55,277 bases of DNA from the NCBI GenBank assembly GCA_019057865.1, contig JAHLWP010000030.1, positions 1 through 55,277 of the forward strand, given 5' to 3'. The notes under the pieces were generated by a model. It did not search any database. It was given only the letters and a program-made list of their open reading frames with translations, and had not been told where the DNA came from. The DNA is from Promethearchaeota archaeon (GTDB lineage Archaea; Asgardarchaeota; Lokiarchaeia; Sigyniarchaeales; SOKP01). Both the position numbers and the translations under genes were made by a program. How positions within the stretch are numbered: position 1 is the first letter of the stretch; every line of letters begins with the position of its first letter. Shown in pieces: positions 37,283 through 48,172 of this stretch.

Positions 37283-37882
37283 TTAAAATCTTAAACTTTC
37301 ATTTACATTTCCATAATCATTAGCAATTTTTCTCGTTTCGACATTACCGCATCTCTGGCATCGTAGCTTATTATAACCGATCTTTTTAAGAGGAGTTCCA
37401 CAGATCATGCAATCAGCATAAATAACTCCTAAACTTTTACCAACAGTACTTAACTTGTACTCATTGTAATTTTGCTCAATAACACGTGCTCTTAAAATAT
37501 CGGTTATTTGGAAAGCATCATAAATTTTATCAATATATCTATCTGAAATCTGAGAAACATGAATATTTCCAAAATAATAACTATTAAAATGAATTTTACT
37601 ATTTACTGTATAAAAACTTACACCAACAGAGTATTGTCTTAGAAAAAGTATTGTGCCTATCACAATATCTCCTTTTTTTACTACTTTCCTATCTTTTTCT
37701 TGATGAGTTTTTATCTCTATTTTTCTCTTTTTTTCATCTATATTAATTAAACCTGATTTGGTAGCATAAATTTGCCCTTCCTTAATAAAAGTAGTCTGTT
37801 TATCAGGTAAAAATTCTTCTACTACTCCAAGGTATTGTCCAGTTAGAACAATATCTTTATTTTTTAAAAGCTTTTTACTCAT
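37283..37882 (-). CDS. csl4: exosome subunit Csl4
   Basis: VEEFLP, S1 domain IHVSQIS, LGVIYADCMICG...CQRCGNVETRKIA. Confidence 0.93.
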   Translation of the reverse strand: MSKKLLKNKDIVLTGQYLGVVEEFLPDKQTTFIKEGQIYATKSGLINIDEKKRKIEIKTHQEKDRKVVKKGDIVIGTILFLRQYSVGVSFYTVNSKIHFNSYYFGNIHVSQISDRYIDKIYDAFQITDILRARVIEQNYNEYKLSTVGKSLGVIYADCMICGTPLKKIGYNKLRCQRCGNVETRKIANDYGNVNESLRF

Positions 37883-37999
37883 AATTATCAGTATAATTTT
37901 TTAATTTCTCAATCTCTTTCAATTTTAAGTAAATATTATTAAATAAAATAAATAAATTTTATTATAAATTTAATCATAAAAGAGTAAACAATTTATCGG

Positions 38000-38644
38000 A
38001 TGAAAATCAACAAAAAGGAATTAGTTTCTATAATACAAAATACTGAAACATTCATTAAACCTAAGATAGAATTAGAACAATATTGTATCGACGCAAAAAG
38101 TGCGGTTGATATCATTTTTTTTGCGGGTTTTGAATTTAATGATATTAAGCATAATTTAATATTTGACCTTGGCACTGGAACAGGTAGATTATCTATAGCT
38201 TGTGCCTTTATGAAAGCCCATATCGTAATAAGTATTGACATTGATTGGGATGCGTTGATAGGTTTAAAGAGAAATATTCAATCTCTCGATCTTGAACAAA
38301 TAATTTTTCCTATATGTTCTGATATGAATAATTTTGAAATTAAAAGACTTCATTTGCCTTATAATATGAAAATAACAACTATAATGAACCCACCATTTGG
38401 AGTACAAAGAAAAACTGCTGATAGAATCTTTTTGGAAAGAGCATTTACCTTTTCTGATGTTGTATACTCAATACATTTAGCTAGTGATAAAATACATAGA
38501 TTTATTTCAAAATTCATTAAAAAATTTAATTGGATTATAGATTATGTGTTTCCATTAAAAATGGTTCTTGAAAAAACGTTTCAATTTCACACTCAAAAAA
38601 AGAAAAAAATTGATGTGAATATTTATAGATTTATCAAAATGTAA
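38000..38644 (+). CDS. METTL5-family N6-adenine RNA methyltransferase
   Basis: PKIELEQY, DLGTGTG, MNPPFG and VYSIH motifs. Confidence 0.9.
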   Translation: MKINKKELVSIIQNTETFIKPKIELEQYCIDAKSAVDIIFFAGFEFNDIKHNLIFDLGTGTGRLSIACAFMKAHIVISIDIDWDALIGLKRNIQSLDLEQIIFPICSDMNNFEIKRLHLPYNMKITTIMNPPFGVQRKTADRIFLERAFTFSDVVYSIHLASDKIHRFISKFIKKFNWIIDYVFPLKMVLEKTFQFHTQKKKKIDVNIYRFIKM

Positions 38645-38669
38645 AAGAAATTTAACAAAAATTATATTA

Positions 38670-39977
38670 TTATTTTTGAAAATCTTTCCAGGAGTCTAAA
38701 CTTTTAGGATATTTTGCATTACTTTCCAATAGTTCCTCAATTCTGAGAAGCTGATTATATTTACAATTTCGATCAGATCTTGCTGGAGCCCCTGTTTTTA
38801 TTTGACCACTACAAAATCCAACTGCTAAATCTGCAATAAATGGATCTTCAGTTTCACCAGATCTATGTGAAACCATTACATTAAATCCATTTCTAAATGA
38901 CATTTTACATGCATTAATTGCTTCTGTTAAGGATCCAATTTGATTAACTTTAAGTAATAATGCATTTCCGGCTTTTTCTTTAATTGCTTTCTCAAGTAAT
39001 TTGATATTTGTAACAGTAAGATCATCATCTACAATCTGAATTGACTTATCAACTTTGATTGTTAAATTTGTAAAACTTCTAAATGCTTTTTCATCAAATG
39101 GGTCTTCAATAGATTTCAAAGGATAATCATGAATTAAATCAAGGTAATATTGTAATAATTCTTCTTCTGTTAGTTTCCTTCCATCAATATTATATAATTC
39201 ATCTTTAAAAAATTCACTTGCAGCCGCATCCATTCCTATTACAAAATCAGTTCCCATCATAAATCCTGCCTCCTCAATAGCCTCTATAATGATATTTATT
39301 GCATCTCGAGTTTCTGACAAATTTGGTGCAAATCCTCCTTCATCACCAACATTAACAGCAATGGGTCCATATTTTTTTCCTAATAATTTTTTCAAAGTAT
39401 GATATACTTCTGCTGCATTTTGAATTGCTTTAGAGAAGGTTGGTGCACCTATTGGTAATATCATAAATTCTTGTATTGCTAAATTATTTCCAGCATGTTC
39501 CCCCCCATTAATAATATTACAACATGGCAAAGGTAATAAGTATTGTTCTCGAGTCTCATTGTAAGTTAACTCATTTAAATGTACAAATAATGGTTTATTC
39601 AGCAATTTAGCTGCTAATTTTGCTACTGCTAATGAAATAGATAATATTGCATTAGCGCCTAATTTGCTCTTGTTTTCTGTTCCGTCGATTCTAATCATTT
39701 CTTCATCTAATTTTGTTTGTTCTCTTACATCAAAACCTGTTAATTTTTTTGCGAGTATTTCATTGATATTTGTCACTGCTTTAGTAACATGTTTTCCCAT
39801 AAAAGCTTTCCCACCATCTCGTAGTTCAAGTGCCTCTAAAGCACCAGTTGAGGCGCCTGAAGGTACTGCTGCTCTAGAAAAAACATTTCCTACATAAATA
39901 TCTGATTCTACGGTAGGATTCCCTCTAGAATCTAAAATCCATCTAGCTTTAATTTTTGTTATTTTAAAATCATTCAT
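38670..39977 (-). CDS. eno: enolase
   Basis: DSRGNPTVE, VPSGASTG, GDEGGFAP and SHRSGETED motifs. Confidence 0.97.
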   Translation of the reverse strand: MNDFKITKIKARWILDSRGNPTVESDIYVGNVFSRAAVPSGASTGALEALELRDGGKAFMGKHVTKAVTNINEILAKKLTGFDVREQTKLDEEMIRIDGTENKSKLGANAILSISLAVAKLAAKLLNKPLFVHLNELTYNETREQYLLPLPCCNIINGGEHAGNNLAIQEFMILPIGAPTFSKAIQNAAEVYHTLKKLLGKKYGPIAVNVGDEGGFAPNLSETRDAINIIIEAIEEAGFMMGTDFVIGMDAAASEFFKDELYNIDGRKLTEEELLQYYLDLIHDYPLKSIEDPFDEKAFRSFTNLTIKVDKSIQIVDDDLTVTNIKLLEKAIKEKAGNALLLKVNQIGSLTEAINACKMSFRNGFNVMVSHRSGETEDPFIADLAVGFCSGQIKTGAPARSDRNCKYNQLLRIEELLESNAKYPKSLDSWKDFQK

Positions 39978-40095
39978 AAAAAAATCTCATTAATTTTTTT
40001 TAATTTAAATCATTAAAAAGAAGTAAGAAGAATTAATTCTTAATAATTTCTTCTTTTATATTAATAATAAATTTTCATTTTAAATTCAATAAATA

Positions 40096-41067
40096 ATGTC
40101 TTTTGAAAATAGACCATGGGTCGAGAAGTATCGACCAAGGATATTGGATGATGTAGTAAACCAAAAAGGTATTGTTAAGCGTTTAAAACAATTTGTCAAA
40201 GATAAATCAATGCCACATTTGATTTTTGCTGGTCCTGCTGGAACAGGTAAAACCACTTCAGCATTAGCAATAGTTCGAGAACTATATGGTAGAAGAATGT
40301 TAGTTAATAGAACATATTTAGAGTTAAATGCGAGTGATGCTCGAGGTATTGATGTTATAAGAACTTATATTAAAGATTTCGCAAAAGCTAGACCCCCTAT
40401 TGATATATCTTTTAAAATCTTAATTTTAGATGAAGCAGATAATATGACTTCTCCGGCTCAACAAGCATTAAGAAGAACAATGGAAAAATATACAAATAAC
40501 TGCCGGATGATTTTAATATGCAATTATTCTAATAAAATAATACCCCCCATTCAATCTAGATGTGTTGTATTTAGATTTTCTTCTTTGAATAATGACGATA
40601 TTAAAAAAAGGGTAAAATATATTGCTCAGCAAGAGAATATCACACTCACGCCTGATGGTTTAAACGCTTTAACTGACGTTTCTAGAGGAGATTGTAGAAG
40701 AGCTATAAATTATTTGCAATCCTGTGGAACTATTTCTAAAAAAATCGATCAAGAAATTGTTTTTCGAGTAGCAGGTGAAATACCTCCAGAAAAAATAAAA
40801 GAAATTTTACAAACTGCCTTAGAAGGTCAATTACAACTTTCAATAAAACTATTATATGATTTAATCAATGATTATGGGCTTTCAGGTCAAAATATTATAA
40901 AAAATATTCATAGAGAAGTTTACAATTTGAATATAATAGAAGATTTAAAAATTGAATTATCTAAAATTTTGGCTGAATTTGAATTTCGATTGAGTCAAGG
41001 TAGTACAGAAGAAATTCAATTGCAAGCATTATTAGCTAGAATTGTTTCGTTGCAAGATTCGGAATAA
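40096..41067 (+). CDS. rfcS: replication factor C small subunit
   Basis: PWVEKYRP, GPAGTGKT, ELNASDARG, LDEAD and SRC motifs; no intein. Confidence 0.97.
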   Translation: MSFENRPWVEKYRPRILDDVVNQKGIVKRLKQFVKDKSMPHLIFAGPAGTGKTTSALAIVRELYGRRMLVNRTYLELNASDARGIDVIRTYIKDFAKARPPIDISFKILILDEADNMTSPAQQALRRTMEKYTNNCRMILICNYSNKIIPPIQSRCVVFRFSSLNNDDIKKRVKYIAQQENITLTPDGLNALTDVSRGDCRRAINYLQSCGTISKKIDQEIVFRVAGEIPPEKIKEILQTALEGQLQLSIKLLYDLINDYGLSGQNIIKNIHREVYNLNIIEDLKIELSKILAEFEFRLSQGSTEEIQLQALLARIVSLQDSE

Positions 41068-41877
41068 TTGATGTTTAAAATGATATTTTAACTCTTTATT
41101 TATGAAATAATTTTCCATTCTTTCTTTTGATTTTTTATCTTCTAAAAATTTAATCTTTTCGTCATAAATTATATCCCACAGTATCAATCCTCTTGGATCT
41201 GCCGCTTGGTAAGAAATATCTCTTGAGCTGTCAAATAATGATAAAAAATCATAATAGTCAATCTCTCCCATACCAAGTCCTAATATCTTTTGTACCATTC
41301 TACGAATTTGTTGTCTAAGAAAGGACTTACCTAGAAAATCAAATATTATGAAATCCTTATCAATAGTCATCTTTACAACTTCTAGTTCTCTAACAGTTTT
41401 TTTTTCTAGTTTTTCTCTTTTAGAGAAATTAATGAAATCATGGGTTCCTTCTAATTCTCTACAAGCTTTTTCCATTATCTCTAAATTTAAAGAATGTTGT
41501 TTTTGAAGAGATATAAGTGATTCAGGAACAATATATTTATAATGACGTAAAATAGCATCATATCTAGATGAAAAATTCATTGACACTTCTGAGTGACCCC
41601 AAACTCCTATATCTTTAGGTAATGCTGAATTAATTTCCATTAAAATTGGTTGTTTTACTGAAATGAAAGAGAAACAGGAAGAACGAGCAGATACAAACCT
41701 ATCGGTTCTACTTGCAAATTCTAATCCAGCCTTTTTAATATCTCTAAAATATCCCTTCATAATTAAAGCATTTAAAAGACAATCTTCTATAGTTAAAATA
41801 TTCTTTTGTCTCTGAGAACCATAAAATTTTATAGAGCCTATATAATACATTTTAAAGAGAAATCTACATCTTGGCAT
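41032..41877 (-). CDS. truA: tRNA pseudouridine synthase A
   Basis: GSQRQ, ASRTDRFVSA, HDFINFS and FLRQQIRRMV motifs. Confidence 0.9.
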   Translation of the reverse strand: MPRCRFLFKMYYIGSIKFYGSQRQKNILTIEDCLLNALIMKGYFRDIKKAGLEFASRTDRFVSARSSCFSFISVKQPILMEINSALPKDIGVWGHSEVSMNFSSRYDAILRHYKYIVPESLISLQKQHSLNLEIMEKACRELEGTHDFINFSKREKLEKKTVRELEVVKMTIDKDFIIFDFLGKSFLRQQIRRMVQKILGLGMGEIDYYDFLSLFDSSRDISYQAADPRGLILWDIIYDEKIKFLEDKKSKERMENYFINKELKYHFKHQLFRILQRNNSS

Positions 41878-42080
41878 AACTTTTGTTAGTATTATTTCAA
41901 GAAATCAATTTTATTACTATTATAAAAATTATTAAAAATCTAAAACTCATAAATTCTTTTTAAAATTTTAGAATATTCTAATATGTCTCTATTAAACGAT
42001 AAATTTTAAAGATAGGGATTTTTTTTATATTCAAAATTTCATTATTCTTTTTAATATCATAAAAAATTTATTTAATAAAA

Positions 42081-45000
42081 ATGCCTAAAATTATTGCTTC
42101 AATTAGAAATTTCCGTGATCGCGCTCGAGCTTCTGTGTCAGTCAAAACTCGAAATATTTTATTGTTCATAGCACTATTCCTGCTTGTCACCCTAGCAATT
42201 ATTGTAAGGCTTACTCCACTCCTAAGAGGACCACTTCTTATTAAAGCTTTTGATCCATGGATACAATATTATAACGCAGAATATTTGTCAACCCATTCAT
42301 TTTACGAATATTTTAATTGGCGAGATTTTAAGAGTTGGTACCCTGAAGGTTATTTTCGAGGTAATTTACGTCCCGGATTGACGTTTACAGTTGTCGCAAT
42401 TTATAAAACCTTTAATTTTCTCGGAATACCTGTCTCATTATATCATATTTGTTATTTCTTCCCCGCATTTATGGGCGGTATTACGGTCCTTGTTATGTAT
42501 TTTTTGGGAAAGGAAGTGCATAGTAAAGGTACGGGTCTTATGGCGGCTTTCTTTTTAGCTTTTAATATTGGCTATCTTCAACGCACCATTGCTGGCTTTT
42601 TTGATAATGAAACAATAGGTGTTTTTTGTGTTTTAATGATCTTTTTATTTTTTCTAAAAGCGGTAAGAACAGGAAAAATATCTCATTCAATATTAAGTGG
42701 AGTGTTTTTAGGTTATTTATCATTGAGTTGGGGTGGATATCAATTTGCATACTTAATTATCCCGCTAATTTGCATTATTTTAATTTTGATAAAGAAATAT
42801 AATGAACATATTTTAATAGCATATGCCGGAGCTCAAGGTACTGGTTTATTAATTTTCTCATTATATATTAATTTTAACCCTGAAACTTTATTCTCAAGCT
42901 TAGAAACAGGAGGGATTTTTCTCTTTACAATTATTTTAATAATTTTTCATTTAATTTATACAAAGAAAAATGATTATCCTGGATTTTATAATGGATTAAT
43001 AAATCTTATAAAATGGGGGCTTATTCCGGTGATATTGATTGTTGCGATACTTATCTGGATTGATCCTGCACTTATTCCTTTTGGTTTTGGTGGCAGATTT
43101 TATGCTCTACTAAATCCATTAGTACGAGAAGGTATGAGTCTGGTTGCCTCAGTTGCAGAGCAAAATCCAAGCGCCTGGGGTGTATTTTACTATAATATTC
43201 TGATTCCATTAATTTTAGTACCACTTGGAATGTATTTTTGTTTAAAGAGATTAAACGCTCCTGATATTTTTATGATAGTATTCTTATTATTATTGTTCTA
43301 TTTCACTGGAGCTATGATCCGTATCATACTATTATTTGCTCCTGCCGCATCTCTAATAGGCGCCTATGGATTGGTTAACATTTTAAAGATTTATGGTGGT
43401 TTTATAGGAGAACAAAAACGGGGAGTAAGTAGAAAACGGAGGAGACAGGTCAAAGGTACTGTGGGTAATACCGAAGTGCTAGCAGTGTATCTTATTGTGG
43501 GATTCTTATGTGTTGCTCAGGTAGTTCACACAGTAGATGTTTCAATTGAGCGATTATCATACAGTCAAATTACACCAGCAGGAGTGCTTCATGATTGGGA
43601 AGAATCATTACTTTGGATGAAAAATAATTTACCAGGTACTTCTGTTGTAGTTTCATGGTGGGATTATGGGTATTGGCTCACACCTATAGGAAACGTAACA
43701 ACGGTTAACGATAATGCCACTTTTAAAGGCGAGAGAATAGGAATGACAGGAATGGCATTCATGCAAACAAACGAAATTTATAGTGCAGAGATATTTCGTG
43801 AATTGAAAGCTGATTATGTTTTAGTATATTTTGGATTTTTATATTCGGGATTAGGTGGGGATGAAGGCAAATGGCCTTGGATGGTTCGCATATGTAATGA
43901 TCACTATGAATATTATAAGGATTTGGGTCTTGAAAAGGATAACTGGGCTGAAAATGCTGTATTTGATGAAAATGAATATCAAAATTCAACAACTGGGGCA
44001 ATGGGAGAAAAATGGTTTGAGAGTCAATTAGTAAGACTCATGTTTTACGAAGTACCTACGGATCCTGAATCTGTCCCTCAAGGTACTTTAGCACATCATT
44101 ACGCCACTCAAATTAATGGACGACAAACTGATGATGGCAATGTTTGGGCAACTTATATACCACCAAATGGACAATATGATTTTAAAGTCTTTGTTAAAGA
44201 ACATTTTTCACCGAATCAAATGGTAAAATTATATAAAATAGATTATACAGCTCTAGATTCTAAATTTATGATAATTAATCCAGAAGTATTTGATAGTGGA
44301 TATGGTAACTTTAAATTAGATAATATTGGAAAGAAGGACTTACATATAACAAGTGTAGAAGTTAATGGGAAGGAATATAATTATACCTTAGGTAAAGGAA
44401 TAAATACTCAAATAGTAGATGCAGGAGAAGATGATCTTGTTTGGGTTGATATTAAATCAGGAGGTACAACTTTTAATAAAGATGATGTTGTAAGTATAAG
44501 TGTTACAGCCGAATCAGAGGCACTAGAGGCAAAAATATTTACATTTTCAAATTCTACAAGTAACTTTTTTGTTAAAGAAGCAGGAGAAGGAGCAATACAA
44601 ATCGATAGACCAAACAGTAAAGTTATTCAGATTGATGAGAATCATGCTAATGCTCTCCTTGAGGTAGAGAATGTAGGAGAGTCTATTATTGTTCTCGATA
44701 GGTTCTATGTAAACGACGATATAGTCAGTAATAGATTTCTCAACGAAAATATTGAATATCTTAGTGGTTCTTCGATACTATATCCAGGAGAAAAAGCAAC
44801 AATTTACTTACAAGACTCACCAGTAACTTTCTATCCTATTAAAAAGTATAATAAGATCGGTGTAGCCACTCCAAATGATATTAGAGATGAAATATTATTT
44901 ACATCAAGTCAGGAAAACTATTCGATCACAATTTATAATGATGATAGAATTCTGTCACCTGAAATAGCAGCATCATCAATCGAAAGTAATTATCGAAAAC

Positions 45001-45998
45001 ATATACCAATAGATTTTAACAAAACCCATGCTTATTTTTATGACAACAACGGCAGTACCATTATAAAAATTTATGTTAAAAATACTGGTGAAGTTATTTA
45101 TGCTTTAGATTCGATATATCTTACAGAATCTTTGAAATCAGTTAATCCTGAACATTTCACTACGGTTGGTGGAAAAGTGAATTTAGATGTAAATCAAGAA
45201 GAAATTATTGTTGTTGATGCAACTGACTATGTTGATGGTGAAGTAAATGAAGAAATACTCCTCTGTGTTACAACAAGCTTCGGAGAAACAGTAGCTTCAG
45301 ATATTGGTTATATTCACACTATAAGGGATAAACCAGATATTCAAATAATAGAAAATGTTGAGGGTACAGCAATTTCCTACATTTATGCGAATGAAACAGG
45401 AAGTTTATTAATTAAAAATACTGGAGATGTTCCGGTAACTTTAGATAGTGTATATATTAATGAGACAGTAAAATTAAATTTCTCAAATAGCAATGAAATT
45501 GAATTTATTTATGGGAATACTACTCTAGATGTACAAGAATGTGCAGTCGTTTCCTTTGATATTCCTGGATTAATGATAAATAAATCAAATGAAATTAATG
45601 TAAATGTCACTACTTACTCCACTGCCTATGATAATGAAACATTATACGCAAAAGTTAATTCAGAATTATACAATATTGAGATAGATGCAACAGGTACCAT
45701 TGCAGATATTAGTGAAGGCAAGCTCACAATTCGAATCAATAATTATGGTAATTGGAATGTTACCATTGATTCTATTTATGTTAATGAAACGTATATTCAT
45801 CTGAGTGAATTTATATTTGAAGAAGGAAGTTCATACGAAATTGCTAATCTTACAGGCTATATTATAATATCAATAACCCTTACTAGAATTGAACAACTAC
45901 TTGGGGTTTCTCCTCTCGATGACCAGGATACCTTATTAATTCTTGCCCGAACAATAGAGGGGGCTGAAGACTCACACGAAGAAGCTGTAAGAAACTAA
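42081..45998 (+). CDS. aglB: oligosaccharyltransferase AglB/STT3 with long Ig-like C-terminal extension
   Basis: FDPW, GFFDNE, SVAEQ, WWDYG, DNAT and DEGKWPWM motifs. Confidence 0.92.
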   Translation: MPKIIASIRNFRDRARASVSVKTRNILLFIALFLLVTLAIIVRLTPLLRGPLLIKAFDPWIQYYNAEYLSTHSFYEYFNWRDFKSWYPEGYFRGNLRPGLTFTVVAIYKTFNFLGIPVSLYHICYFFPAFMGGITVLVMYFLGKEVHSKGTGLMAAFFLAFNIGYLQRTIAGFFDNETIGVFCVLMIFLFFLKAVRTGKISHSILSGVFLGYLSLSWGGYQFAYLIIPLICIILILIKKYNEHILIAYAGAQGTGLLIFSLYINFNPETLFSSLETGGIFLFTIILIIFHLIYTKKNDYPGFYNGLINLIKWGLIPVILIVAILIWIDPALIPFGFGGRFYALLNPLVREGMSLVASVAEQNPSAWGVFYYNILIPLILVPLGMYFCLKRLNAPDIFMIVFLLLLFYFTGAMIRIILLFAPAASLIGAYGLVNILKIYGGFIGEQKRGVSRKRRRQVKGTVGNTEVLAVYLIVGFLCVAQVVHTVDVSIERLSYSQITPAGVLHDWEESLLWMKNNLPGTSVVVSWWDYGYWLTPIGNVTTVNDNATFKGERIGMTGMAFMQTNEIYSAEIFRELKADYVLVYFGFLYSGLGGDEGKWPWMVRICNDHYEYYKDLGLEKDNWAENAVFDENEYQNSTTGAMGEKWFESQLVRLMFYEVPTDPESVPQGTLAHHYATQINGRQTDDGNVWATYIPPNGQYDFKVFVKEHFSPNQMVKLYKIDYTALDSKFMIINPEVFDSGYGNFKLDNIGKKDLHITSVEVNGKEYNYTLGKGINTQIVDAGEDDLVWVDIKSGGTTFNKDDVVSISVTAESEALEAKIFTFSNSTSNFFVKEAGEGAIQIDRPNSKVIQIDENHANALLEVENVGESIIVLDRFYVNDDIVSNRFLNENIEYLSGSSILYPGEKATIYLQDSPVTFYPIKKYNKIGVATPNDIRDEILFTSSQENYSITIYNDDRILSPEIAASSIESNYRKHIPIDFNKTHAYFYDNNGSTIIKIYVKNTGEVIYALDSIYLTESLKSVNPEHFTTVGGKVNLDVNQEEIIVVDATDYVDGEVNEEILLCVTTSFGETVASDIGYIHTIRDKPDIQIIENVEGTAISYIYANETGSLLIKNTGDVPVTLDSVYINETVKLNFSNSNEIEFIYGNTTLDVQECAVVSFDIPGLMINKSNEINVNVTTYSTAYDNETLYAKVNSELYNIEIDATGTIADISEGKLTIRINNYGNWNVTIDSIYVNETYIHLSEFIFEEGSSYEIANLTGYIIISITLTRIEQLLGVSPLDDQDTLLILARTIEGAEDSHEEAVRN

Positions 45999-46129
45999 AA
46001 TCTACATTTTTTATTTATATAATAATAAAAATCATAAGTTATTATACATTAGAATATCTTAAGTCTTATCTTTTATATATTGATTTTATTTTTAATTTAA
46101 ATTAGTTGAAAAATTGATTTATTACCCTA

Positions 46130-48136
46130 ATGATTGCTAAATTCAAACTTGAATCTGAGTTTAAACCTGCAGGAGATCAACCAGAAGCAATAAGAGCTCT
46201 CGCAGATAATATATTTAAAAGAAAGCAATTCCAAACATTATTAGGAGCGACTGGTACAGGTAAAACCTTCACAATCGCAAACATTATTCAACAAATTCAA
46301 AAGCCAACCCTAATTATGGCTCCAAATAAAACCCTTGCCGCACAGCTATATAACGAGTTGAAGGAGCTTTTTCCGAAGAACGCGGTCCACTATTTTGTCT
46401 CTTATTACGACTATTATCAACCAGAGGCATATATGCCTATTTCAGGCTTGTATATAGAAAAAGATTTTAGTGTTAATGAAGAAATTGAACGATTAAGACT
46501 TGCTGCAGCTCATGCTATCAGGACTAGAAATGATGTAATTATAGTAGCAACGGTGTCTTGCATTTTTGGGCTGGGAAACCCTGATCTTTGGGAGAAAATT
46601 GCGCTTTATTTAGAAGTTGGTATGGAAAAAAAACGTTCGGAAATTCTCAAACGACTGGTAAAAATGAACTATGAGCGAAACAATATTGAATTCAAACCGG
46701 GAAATGTACGGGTAAAGGGAGATATTATTGATATTTATCCTGCTTATTTAAATAACGCCGTTAGATTATCCCTTTTCGGCGATGAGATTGAATCCATAAC
46801 CGAAATTCATCCTATTTCAAACACTCCTCTACAGAACGTACCTAATTATAGAATCTTTCCAGCAACTCATTTTATTATTCCTGAAGAAAATAAAGTAAAA
46901 GCATTAGAATTAATTAAACAAGAATTAGTTCATCAAATTGAATTCTTTAAAAATCAAAAAAAATATGCTGAAGCTCAGAGGATTGAAAGGAGAACTAAAT
47001 TTGATTTAGAAATGATGAGAGAAATGGGGTGGTGTAAAGGAATAGAGAACTATTCAAGACCACTAGATGGAAGACCACCAGGAACACCACCAATGACTTT
47101 AGTTGATTATTTTCCAGAAGACTTTTTAATTGTTGTAGATGAATCTCATGTAACCATACCCCAGATTCACGGAATGATAGGCGGGGATCGTTCTCGTAAA
47201 AAAAATCTTGTTGAATATGGTTGGCGTTTGCCTAGTGCTTTTGATAATCGACCTCTTACATTTGAAGAGTGGGAAAGTAAAATTGAATACATTATGTTTA
47301 TGTCAGCAACACCGGGATCATATGAGATAAAAAAATCTGGAGGTATTTCCGCTGAACAGATAATTAGACCTACTGGATTAGTCGATCCAAATGTGGAGGT
47401 TCGACCCGCGCAAAATCAAATTGATGATTTGTTAAATGAAATTAGAAAAGTAATAGAAAATAAAGGTAGGGTCTTAATCACAACCCTTACAAAACGTATG
47501 TCAGAAGATATTTGTGATTATTATGCTGATTTAAAACTTAAAATTGCTTATCTTCATTCCGAAGTGGATACTGTCGAACGTTTTGAGATATTAAGACAGT
47601 TAAGAGATGGAACATACGATGTGGTAGTAGGGATAAATCTTCTAAGGGAGGGTTTAGACTTACCTGAAGTTCAATTAGTAGCTATTTTAGATGCTGATAA
47701 ACTTGGTTTTCTAAGAGATACAAGATCACTTATTCAGACTATTGGAAGAGCTTCTAGAAATGTTTATGGAAGAGCAATTTTATATGCAGATAAAGTAACA
47801 CCAGCTATGAAAGCAGCTATTGGTGAGACAAATAGAAGAAGAAAAAAACAGATGATTTATAATACACAAAATAATATTACTCCAAAGACTATTCAGAAAA
47901 ACATATTAAATTCTCTTTCTGAAGAGCAGGAATTTAAGGAAAGGGAAGTCAAAAGACTAAAGCAAAATGTCCATGATAAAATCAATGAATTAGAGAAAGA
48001 AGGAGATACTGATATAATTATTCAATATCTTGAGAATAAAATGTTTATGGCTGCTAAAGAACTTAGATTTGAAGATGCTGCTTATTTACGAGATAAAATT
48101 AAAGAAATTAAAGCAGATTATAAAATAAAAGCATGA
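46130..48136 (+). CDS. uvrB: excinuclease ABC subunit B
   Basis: PAGDQP, GATGTGKT, YYDYYQPEAY, DESH and QTIGRASR motifs. Confidence 0.97.
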   Translation: MIAKFKLESEFKPAGDQPEAIRALADNIFKRKQFQTLLGATGTGKTFTIANIIQQIQKPTLIMAPNKTLAAQLYNELKELFPKNAVHYFVSYYDYYQPEAYMPISGLYIEKDFSVNEEIERLRLAAAHAIRTRNDVIIVATVSCIFGLGNPDLWEKIALYLEVGMEKKRSEILKRLVKMNYERNNIEFKPGNVRVKGDIIDIYPAYLNNAVRLSLFGDEIESITEIHPISNTPLQNVPNYRIFPATHFIIPEENKVKALELIKQELVHQIEFFKNQKKYAEAQRIERRTKFDLEMMREMGWCKGIENYSRPLDGRPPGTPPMTLVDYFPEDFLIVVDESHVTIPQIHGMIGGDRSRKKNLVEYGWRLPSAFDNRPLTFEEWESKIEYIMFMSATPGSYEIKKSGGISAEQIIRPTGLVDPNVEVRPAQNQIDDLLNEIRKVIENKGRVLITTLTKRMSEDICDYYADLKLKIAYLHSEVDTVERFEILRQLRDGTYDVVVGINLLREGLDLPEVQLVAILDADKLGFLRDTRSLIQTIGRASRNVYGRAILYADKVTPAMKAAIGETNRRRKKQMIYNTQNNITPKTIQKNILNSLSEEQEFKEREVKRLKQNVHDKINELEKEGDTDIIIQYLENKMFMAAKELRFEDAAYLRDKIKEIKADYKIKA

Positions 48137-48172
48137 GATTTTTCTTTCAATATTAATAAGAAATAGTAGAAA

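Noticed and set aside
40096-41067. Inteins in RFC-S or other usual hosts such as aIF5B
   Set aside because: Protein lengths are normal and conserved motifs are contiguous.
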